A DNA stretch of 24,593 nt from Calditrichia bacterium (GTDB taxonomy: Bacteria; Calditrichota; Calditrichia; RBG-13-44-9). The stretch is taken from the NCBI GenBank assembly GCA_037381445.1, contig JARRQT010000120.1, positions 1-24,593 on the forward strand. The letters are read 5' to 3'. The translations under genes and the position numbers were made by a program. The notes beneath the pieces are model-generated. The model did not search any database and was not told the origin of the DNA. It saw only the letters and a list, made by a program, of their open reading frames with translations. Shown piece by piece: positions 17,294 to 24,593 of the stretch. Position 1 is the stretch's first letter; each line of letters opens with the position of its first letter.

Positions 17294-18283
17294 CTAAACC
17301 CCCGATTTGACCCACTCGATTTCATCCAGTTGGCTCTGGCCGATTCCCTTTTGCCCCGCGGTGAGAATATACTCGGGTTTCCGGCCGGCCTTTTCCAAGG
17401 GCGGGAATCCCGTCTCCGCACGCTTTCGCTCGATGATTTCCCAGCCGACCCTGTCCAGCGCCACACCATCCAGCGCGAGCAGCAGCCCGTTCATAGGCCA
17501 GACCCATTGGGGCTTGAAGGGAGGCCCGCCCTCGTGCTGGGCATCGAGCGCATCACAAATAATCAAACGACTCTTTCGGCGGATAATGTCCATCTCATAC
17601 AAATCCGCCACAAAGGGATTGCCGGCACTGGCGTGATACTTGTTGGGATTGTGAATGGCGCCGAAAAAGTTTTTCATGGACAGGGTGATGCCCACGATGC
17701 CGTGATCCTTCAGCACCGGGATGTTGATGACCGAGTCGCAGAATTGGGTGAGGGTGCGGCTCACCAGGCTGGCCACCGAGCCGTTCATATACAGCTTCCG
17801 GTCGAACCCGGCGGTGTCATTTCCGAAGCAGCGCACCTTGTTCTTATTCGTGCGGTTGAGGGAAAAACCGGCATTTTCCAGGTCCCTGTCCAGGCGGTCC
17901 CAGATAATGATGCTGCCGGGGGGGATTCCCGCGCGCCGCAGTTTTTCGATGACCGCTTCAACCAGCATGGTGTGGCTGGCGCCGTGTTTTCCGGAGAGGC
18001 AGTTCACTTTGATCCCCACCGTATGATGGGCGGGGAAGAGGTTCTTCCACACCGTCCGGGGGTTCTCATTCCCGTAGAGCTGGCTGATGCCTTCGTCCAG
18101 CATTCTACTGATGACGGCGGCATTAAAAGAACCGCTCTTCCGGACAGCGGGGTTGACGATTTCAACCACCCGGGAGTTTACGGGAGCGGATATGAGGCTG
18201 AAAACATTTTTATCCGGAAAGGGGAGGAAAGAAAAACCTGCGCCGATTTTCAGGCTGTTTAGAATAAAGTCCCGCCTGTTCAT
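17294..18283 (-). CDS. DUF362-domain protein with Tat signal
   Basis: MNRRDFIL leader; VGIKVN, INIPVLKDH...TLSMKNFFG, DGVALD. Confidence 0.88.
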   Translation of the reverse strand: MNRRDFILNSLKIGAGFSFLPFPDKNVFSLISAPVNSRVVEIVNPAVRKSGSFNAAVISRMLDEGISQLYGNENPRTVWKNLFPAHHTVGIKVNCLSGKHGASHTMLVEAVIEKLRRAGIPPGSIIIWDRLDRDLENAGFSLNRTNKNKVRCFGNDTAGFDRKLYMNGSVASLVSRTLTQFCDSVINIPVLKDHGIVGITLSMKNFFGAIHNPNKYHASAGNPFVADLYEMDIIRRKSRLIICDALDAQHEGGPPFKPQWVWPMNGLLLALDGVALDRVGWEIIERKRAETGFPPLEKAGRKPEYILTAGQKGIGQSQLDEIEWVKSGV

Positions 18284-18306
18284 GATTGACCCCGCAATTC
18301 TGAATA

Positions 18307-18335
18307 AATATAGGAAAGGAAAGACCGGATTTCAA
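18307..18335 (-). promoter_or_regulatory. sigma70-type promoter of the DUF362-amrS unit
   Basis: TTGAAA-N17-TATATT, ending 23 bp upstream of the ATG. Confidence 0.65.
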
Positions 18336-18404
18336 CAGGGATAACAATTGCGGGGCGGGCGGCGGGTGCATAAGTGCAATAATATTCTTCGATTAAAAAA
18401 AGTC

Positions 18405-18433
18405 TTGATTTTCACATGGGGCAAATTTATATT
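18405..18433 (+). promoter_or_regulatory. sigma70-type promoter of tRNA-Phe
   Basis: TTGATT-N17-TATATT preceded by an A-tract. Confidence 0.7.
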
Positions 18434-18453
18434 TGTTGCGCAAAAAATGAGCT

Positions 18454-18529
<76 letters not shown>

Positions 18530-18538
18530 TCATACCAG

Positions 18539-18572
18539 GGGCTTGCAGAGAAATCTGCAAGCCCTTTTTTTA
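18539..18572 (+). terminator. Rho-independent terminator of tRNA-Phe
   Basis: GGGCTTGCAGA-GAAA-TCTGCAAGCCC-T8. Confidence 0.9.
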
Positions 18573-18601
18573 TTACCGAAATATCCTGAACATTTTATAA
18601 A

Positions 18602-18825
18602 GGGGCGGCGGGGCCGGAAGTCCCGGAGGCCTACGACGCAGTGGTAGCGGCCATACTGACGCTGCTGGAATCGCGGACCACGCTGCGTGGGCACCTTGCA
18701 GACACGGAGTTCGGGAACCGGGCGGTGCAGATCCTGGACGCGGCGGACGGTATTGCGGCCGAGCTTTTGACCCTGGGGATTACGGCGGATGAGCTGACCG
18801 CGGCGCGCAGCCTGCTGGAAAGTTA
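18602..18825 (+). pseudogene. GC-rich fragment of an unrelated helical protein fused in frame to hipA
   Basis: Abrupt GC rise at about 18601; frame closed upstream by TGA at 18587; sequence (LADTEF...LGITADELTAARSLLESY) is not HipA-like. Boundaries approximate. Confidence 0.5.
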
Positions 18826-19630
18826 CCGGGAAGCGACCCGGCGGGCCGACAAAATGTGTGTTCAGGGCATCGCACCAAAACTGAGTGCCGGGTTGAGTGT
18901 GAAAGAGGAAAGATTCCGGATCGTCGATACCGGCGGTCATTATATTCTAAAGCCTCAGAATCCTCTCTATAAGGAGGTTCCGGAAAATGAGGATGTAACC
19001 ATGAAGCTGGCCGCGCTTGCCGGTATTGAAACCCCATTACACGGCCTCATTTATTCCCGGGACAATTCCTTTACTTATTTTATCAAAAGATTTGACCGAA
19101 AAGGGGCAAAGGGAAAAATTCCGGTGGAAGATTTTGCGCAGCTTGCATGAGAAATCAGGGAAACCAAATACAGGTCATCGATGGAAAAGATCGCCGGCAT
19201 TCTGGAACGCTTTTGCACTTTCCCGGCGCTGGAAAAGGTCAAATTATTCCGCCTGACGGTCTTTGATTACCTGGCGGGAAATGAAGATATGCATCTGAAG
19301 AATTTCACCTTGATTACCAGAGGTCCCAGGGTGGAACTCAGCCCGGCATATGATCTTGTCAATACAACAATTGCCATGCAAAACCCGCGGGAGGAGATCG
19401 CCCTGCCGCTTCGCGGAAAGAAAAGCAGGCTGACAGCGGATGATCTTCTGGCGTATTATGCGCGGGAAAGACTCGGCCTCACTTCCAAATCAATTGCAAA
19501 TGTGCTGGAAGGATTTGGGAAAGTCCTGCCGGAGTGGGAGAAAATAATTGATTTCAGCTTTCTATCGGTTGAAATGAAAAATGCTTATCATGAATTGCTC
19601 GCCCGCCGCAGGGAAATCCTGCGGTTTTGA
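18826..19630 (+). pseudogene. hipA: HipA-family toxin kinase pseudogene (N-terminally truncated, internal stop)
   Basis: KMCVQGIAPKLS, YILKP, PENE, YFIKRFDR, EDFAQLA*EIRETKYRSSMEK (in-frame TGA at 19148-19150), GNEDMHLKNF, LSPAYDL. Confidence 0.88.
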
Positions 19631-19832
19631 TGAATTGGTTTTCTTAGGTTCCTTTGCGGTTCCAATCCCATCTTACACATCCTTTTAAGAAATGCTGAAT
19701 AGGTACCGCCTTTTTGGGCTCTGCTTGATCAATGTCCCGGACCTTCCGGGCTATTTGATGTCTTCTCTTGGAGAGCTTCTTTCCGGCAGGATTTTTGGGG
19801 CGGGGGAGTACCAGCACAAAATCAAAATACTC

Positions 19833-19861
19833 TTGACAAATTAAGCAAATTGTGATATAAT
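19833..19861 (+). promoter_or_regulatory. Consensus sigma70 promoter
   Basis: TTGACA-N17-TATAAT with extended -10 TG. Confidence 0.75.
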
Positions 19862-19945
19862 AGTTTTGTTCAAGAAAATTTGGATGTCTTTTTCAGATGG
19901 AAAATTAAAATTAGATGCTTTAATAAGGAAAAAATTTTACATATT

Positions 19946-19963
19946 AATGTTAGCGATAACATT
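19946..19963. promoter_or_regulatory. LacI-family operator
   Basis: AATGTTAGCGATAACATT, an 18-bp palindrome with one mismatched pair and a central CG. A LacI gene lies downstream in the same unit. Confidence 0.8.
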
Positions 19964-20097
19964 GTCAGGAGCTGTAGCCTGCTTATATTCTTATAAAAAT
20001 ATTATCGGTATATTTGGTTATTTTGAGCATGATGCTATCTGTTTATAAAAGTTTAATATTTAAATGCCCTCCGCCTATAAATATTTAGGAGAAATCA

Positions 20098-23000
20098 ATG
20101 AAACGGTCATTCGCATTCCTTCTGTTTGTAGCCTCGTTTTTCTTCGTTTTTTTGGGATGTCAATCTTCTCATCAGACAAAAATCGGTTATGTAGTTCAAA
20201 ATGATGAATTATCAGTCGAAGATCAGGCGGCCGTTCGATGGTTAAAATCGCAATCACAGTTTGCAGTGAACGTTACTAATGCTGTGAAGACACCCGATGC
20301 TCTTAAAAAATCAGAAGTCTTGTGGCTTCATATCCCGGACTCCCTGACGTACCAGCAATGGGTCGGGAATGGGAAGGTCTTTCAGATCCTAAAAGAGATA
20401 TATGCCGGCGGAGGCAAGTTATTCCTGACCGATTATGCGGCCCTGCTGCCACACAAACTGGGGATTGAAGATCAGGCGCCGGAAGTTCATATGCTGGACA
20501 TAAAAGATGACTGGCTTTTTGACAAGAAAGGATTCCAGAGTTTTCGAGGCCATCCGCTTTTTTCAGGACTTTTTGGAGGAGCCTTTGTCTGGGATGCCTA
20601 TGAGGATCACAAACTCCCTACCGTCGGCTTCTTTGGTGATAATTATCCTCGGGAAGGGAAAGTCGTAGCGACCGAGAAGTCATATATTACCATCCATCAA
20701 GACCGTAAACTGGTCATCGAATACGACGCCGTTCCCGGCAAAATTATCACTGCCGGCGGATTTATCTATTTCTCCAAAAAGAATCGCGTTCAATACAAAC
20801 TGGATAAGTTTGTTTACAACGTTTTTCAGTATCTGGCCGGTAACCTGACTTCCGATTCCACCACCTATTGGAATAGATATGACTGCCAGCCCAAAGAAGT
20901 TGAAGTGGCCACCGCGGCGCTGAAGCCCGCGACCGTCCGTGCCGTCAGGCAGCCCAATTACCCGGATTTGCTTCTGACCCGTGAATCGGGGACGACCAAC
21001 TACTACGATGTGGAAGGACGCCGGGCGCTGATCATGGGCAAGGAAAACGGCGGCATCGATGAACTGTGGGTGCACCCATTTATGGTACTGCGCGATTATC
21101 AGGCAGGTATCGTTATCGGAGACTCTGTCGCCTGGTTAAAGCACATGCCGGTGAAAATAGAAGTGCGGCCGGAGGCATTTACCAGAATCTACTCGACGCC
21201 AGTCGGAAAGTTGAAGGAGATATTGTTCCCTTCGCTGGAAAAAGCCGGGGGCATTCTGAATTATCAGGCAGCCACAGACCGTCCTTTCCATCTGGTGATA
21301 AAGTTTCGCAGCAATCTACGCTGGATGTGGCCCTATGACCAGTGTGCCATTGGGGACGTAAAGTATGGCTATGATGCCAAATTGAATGCCCTGCATCTGA
21401 AGGATTCTGCCGGCAACTTCTACTGCGTAATCGGCGGCGATGAAACACCGGAGGCCCACCTCACTGGTCAGTATGATGATATCACATGGAAGCAGGGCGC
21501 CTTTACCGGTTCACCTTCCCAATTGAATCAGGTTTATCATGTGTTTGAATATCCGATGAATGCGCAGAATAATTTTATCTTGAACTTTGCCATCGTCGGC
21601 ACCAATAATGGCAAAACGGAAGCGCTGGATCACTATAATTATCTACTTGGGGATCCGCAGGGCGAGTATGACCGGGGAGCCAATCATTTCCTCGATCTGG
21701 TGCAGAAAAGTGTGACGGTAGAATCTCCTGATATGGAATTTAACCGTCTGTGGAAATGGGCGATTATTGGTACCGACCGTTTTTGGGTGAATACTCCCGG
21801 TTTGGGAACCGCTCTGGTGGCAGGCTATGCCACCACTGCAAGAGGATGGGGCGGAGCTCAGAAGATCAGCGGTCGGCCTGGTTATGCCTGGTATTTTGGG
21901 CGGGATTCAGAATGGTCCTGTTTTGCCATTGACGGATACGGAGATTTTAATTCGGTAAGAATGCAATTGGAATTTCTTCAGAAGTTTCAGGGGCTGACCG
22001 GCAAGATATTTCATGAAATCTCCACCAGTGGCGTGGTCCATTATGATGCCTCTGACGCCACACCCTTGTATGTGATTCTGGCTGCCCATTATCTGAGAGC
22101 CTCGGGCGATATCGAGTTTATCAAAGCCAGCTGGCCGCACCTCAAAAAGGCCATGGATTTTCTCTATTCGACTGACACCGATGGTGATATGCTCATCGAA
22201 AATACCAATGTCGGACACGGATGGGTGGAAGGCGGAAAGCTGTGGGGGGCTCATACCACCCTCTATCTGGCTGCGCTCTGGGCCAGAACATTAAAAGATG
22301 CCGCTTACCTGGCTGAACAGGCGGGCAAAAAAGAGTTGATCGAGAAATACCGCGGTGATGCCAAAAAGGTAAAGGACATTGTCAATGGTGACTTCTGGAA
22401 CGACAGCACCCAATTCTATAATTATGGCAAAATGAAAGACGGCGGCTATAATACGGAGCGAACCATTTTCCCGGCTGTTGCCATGTCATTCGATGTGCTG
22501 GACAGTAATAAGACGCCCAATATGCTGGAAAAATGGGCCGGTAACGGTTTCTCGGCGAACTGGGGTATGCGTACTCTCAGTTCAGAATCCCCCTTGTTTA
22601 GTCCCTACGGTTATCATTATGGCAGCATATGGCCCCTTTTCACCGGTTGGGGCGCTCTCGCCGAATACGCCTATGGCGATCCGGAGCAGGGCTTTTCTCA
22701 TATCCTCAATAACCTGTATATTAAAAATAACTGGGAATTGGGGTTTGTTGAAGAAGTGCTCAGAGGAGATAAATATCTGGCCACCGGTGTCTGTCCGCAC
22801 CAGTGCTGGTCTGAGACCAATATACTGCACCCCGGTATTCAGGGAATGATTGGATGGAAACCGGACGCACCCGCTCATCTGGCAAATCTGACCCCGCAGT
22901 TTCCGCTGAACTGGGATAAGGTCACCATTCATAATCTCCGGGTGGGAAATTCGGTCATGCAGTTCACCTCGGAGATCGGGAAAAACGAAAGCCGCTTTAT

Positions 23001-23523
23001 TTTCCACCTGGTCGGTGGTGATCCTTTACATCTGCAGTTCAATCCTCATATTCCTGCGGGTATGGTTATCGACAAAATCATGGTGGATGGCAAAGATTTG
23101 GCTATTGCGACTGATTCACAAGGCGGCACCTCCATGCGTATTTCCATACCTATTGAGATCAGCGGGAATCACCAGGTCTTGATTAAGCATCACAAGGGAA
23201 TTGAAGCCCTGCCAGTAGTTACCCGGCCAAGGCCCGGGGACAGCGCTATAGGATACCGCTTGCTGCGCACCAAATTGGAAGGCAATACATTTACTATGGA
23301 AGTGGAAGGAAAGCCGGGCACCGGAAATGAATTTAGGGTTATGGCGTTTGATCAATCGGTCAAAAGTGTTGAGGGCGCTGCAGTAAGTTCACAGGATAAT
23401 AGAGGTGTTTTGGGTGTGAACGTTTCTTTTCCGCATAGCCAGGATGATTTATTAAAGAAAATATTTAATTGTGTATTACATCTTTTTATTTGTAAAGGGG
23501 AAAAATTGTGGCGAAACGCGTAA
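20098..23523 (+). CDS. Lipoprotein glycoside hydrolase with (alpha/alpha)6 amylo-alpha-1,6-glucosidase (GDE_C/GH63-like) domain and DUF4960-like N-terminus
   Basis: Lipobox VFLGC; RPGYAWYFGRDSEW, GKIFHE, DATPLY, DTDGDMLIEN, YHYGSIWPLFTGW, HQCWSE. Confidence 0.85.
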   Translation: MKRSFAFLLFVASFFFVFLGCQSSHQTKIGYVVQNDELSVEDQAAVRWLKSQSQFAVNVTNAVKTPDALKKSEVLWLHIPDSLTYQQWVGNGKVFQILKEIYAGGGKLFLTDYAALLPHKLGIEDQAPEVHMLDIKDDWLFDKKGFQSFRGHPLFSGLFGGAFVWDAYEDHKLPTVGFFGDNYPREGKVVATEKSYITIHQDRKLVIEYDAVPGKIITAGGFIYFSKKNRVQYKLDKFVYNVFQYLAGNLTSDSTTYWNRYDCQPKEVEVATAALKPATVRAVRQPNYPDLLLTRESGTTNYYDVEGRRALIMGKENGGIDELWVHPFMVLRDYQAGIVIGDSVAWLKHMPVKIEVRPEAFTRIYSTPVGKLKEILFPSLEKAGGILNYQAATDRPFHLVIKFRSNLRWMWPYDQCAIGDVKYGYDAKLNALHLKDSAGNFYCVIGGDETPEAHLTGQYDDITWKQGAFTGSPSQLNQVYHVFEYPMNAQNNFILNFAIVGTNNGKTEALDHYNYLLGDPQGEYDRGANHFLDLVQKSVTVESPDMEFNRLWKWAIIGTDRFWVNTPGLGTALVAGYATTARGWGGAQKISGRPGYAWYFGRDSEWSCFAIDGYGDFNSVRMQLEFLQKFQGLTGKIFHEISTSGVVHYDASDATPLYVILAAHYLRASGDIEFIKASWPHLKKAMDFLYSTDTDGDMLIENTNVGHGWVEGGKLWGAHTTLYLAALWARTLKDAAYLAEQAGKKELIEKYRGDAKKVKDIVNGDFWNDSTQFYNYGKMKDGGYNTERTIFPAVAMSFDVLDSNKTPNMLEKWAGNGFSANWGMRTLSSESPLFSPYGYHYGSIWPLFTGWGALAEYAYGDPEQGFSHILNNLYIKNNWELGFVEEVLRGDKYLATGVCPHQCWSETNILHPGIQGMIGWKPDAPAHLANLTPQFPLNWDKVTIHNLRVGNSVMQFTSEIGKNESRFIFHLVGGDPLHLQFNPHIPAGMVIDKIMVDGKDLAIATDSQGGTSMRISIPIEISGNHQVLIKHHKGIEALPVVTRPRPGDSAIGYRLLRTKLEGNTFTMEVEGKPGTGNEFRVMAFDQSVKSVEGAAVSSQDNRGVLGVNVSFPHSQDDLLKKIFNCVLHLFICKGEKLWRNA

Positions 23524-24530
23524 CAGCGAGTGAAGTTGCCAAAGCCTTGGGTATTTCTACCATGACGGTCTCACGAGCGCTCAATAATCGTCCAAATGTC
23601 GATGCGGAGACCAGGGAACGCGTGAGGGAAACTGCAAAGCAGTTGGGTTATATTCCCAATCATATTGCAAAAAGTCTGGTTTTGAAAAGAACAAATACCA
23701 TCGGCGTGGTGGTTCCTGAAATTACTCACTCTTTTTTCCCCGAAGTAGTTCGTGGAATTGAAGAAGTGAGTCATAAAGCAGGCTATCAAATCATATTAAG
23801 TCATTCTGCTGAAAATGCTTTGCGGGAGAAGGAGGCCATTCAGACCCTGGCATCAAAACAGGTGGACGGCATTCTGATTTCTACAGCGCAAACAGTAAAG
23901 GATTTCCAATTCTATGCGCAGGTGATGCAAATGGGCTTACCGCTCGTATTTTATGATCGCTGCGTAAAAGGGATTGGTGCAAGTTGTGTTAGCATAGATG
24001 ATGAGGACAGCGCTGCACTAATTACAGAACATCTTTTACAGCATGGTTATTATCCTATTGCGCATCTGAGTGGCCCCTCTGCCGTACTGATTGGAGAGGC
24101 CAGACTTCAAGGTTTTAGAAAGGCCCATGAGAAATATAATAAAACGGTGCTTGAAGCACTCATTGTTGAAGCGGGCTTTCATGAAGAAGGTGGTTTCAAG
24201 GCGATGAAAACGATCTTGGATAGATTTGAGGAAAATTTGCCCAGAGCGGTTGTTGCTGTTAATGACCCAGCTGCTTTTGGAGCAATGAAAGCTATACAGG
24301 AGAAAGGCCTGCGGATTCCCGAGGATATTGCTATTGTTGGTTTTTCGGATGATATTCGGGCTGAGCTAATGCAAACTCCACTGACCACAATTCGACAAAA
24401 TGCATATGAAGTTGGAAAAAAGGCAGCGAAAAAACTGATTGATCTGGTTCAGGAAAGAACAAGCGATGTTGAAGAGATAGTTGTAAAGGGGGAGTTGGTG
24501 GTCAGAAAATCGTGTGGTTGCTCAGGCTGA
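23508..24530 (+). CDS. LacI-family transcriptional regulator
   Basis: HTH VAKALGISTMTVSRALN, LGYIPN..AKSL, IPEDIAIVGFSD, PLTTIRQ, LVVRKSCG; GTG start with GGGG RBS. Confidence 0.96.
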   Translation: MAKRVTASEVAKALGISTMTVSRALNNRPNVDAETRERVRETAKQLGYIPNHIAKSLVLKRTNTIGVVVPEITHSFFPEVVRGIEEVSHKAGYQIILSHSAENALREKEAIQTLASKQVDGILISTAQTVKDFQFYAQVMQMGLPLVFYDRCVKGIGASCVSIDDEDSAALITEHLLQHGYYPIAHLSGPSAVLIGEARLQGFRKAHEKYNKTVLEALIVEAGFHEEGGFKAMKTILDRFEENLPRAVVAVNDPAAFGAMKAIQEKGLRIPEDIAIVGFSDDIRAELMQTPLTTIRQNAYEVGKKAAKKLIDLVQERTSDVEEIVVKGELVVRKSCGCSG

Positions 24531-24593
24531 ACAAGTCTGGCGGTGTCAATATAGATATGCATCTTTTATGATGACATTATATCAAGTTTGATT

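Noticed and set aside
16283..18262. Long antisense ORFs (301 and 310 aa) opposite amrS and DUF362
   Set aside because: Shadow frames expected in GC-rich coding DNA; no recognisable motifs.
19148..19150. In-frame TGA in hipA as selenocysteine or recoding
   Set aside because: The position corresponds to Gly rather than Cys, TGA is a normal stop elsewhere in the window, and the gene is otherwise damaged.
19801..19816. attR duplicate of the tRNA-Phe 3' end as a firm feature
   Set aside because: Only 12/16 identity and no integrase in the window; mentioned only tentatively.

Overview
Chromosomal window of a Gram-negative bacterium that uses T9SS-type C-terminal sorting domains (YPNPFNP plus FlgD-Ig). 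The gene style suggests Calditrichota or a related FCB lineage (inference). In order it holds: the end of an Sfp-type PPTase; a dockerin-like/cohesin-like secreted pair; a coupled cassette (lipoprotein, GAF-sigma54 activator, Hanks kinase-PEGA, TPR/membrane protein) followed by tandem enhancer-like palindromes, a sigma54 promoter and a T9SS surface protein; tRNA-Asp; a split kinase-TPR-beta-propeller gene; amrB, amrS and DUF362, all with export signals; tRNA-Phe with a decayed hipA remnant; a large lipoprotein glycoside hydrolase with a LacI operator; and a LacI regulator. Several genes have abrupt internal breaks, and two breaks contain short fragments of unrelated genes (DctP-like and HDIG-like), so parts of the assembly may be gapped or chimeric. 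All family assignments come from motif recognition by eye, not from database searches.
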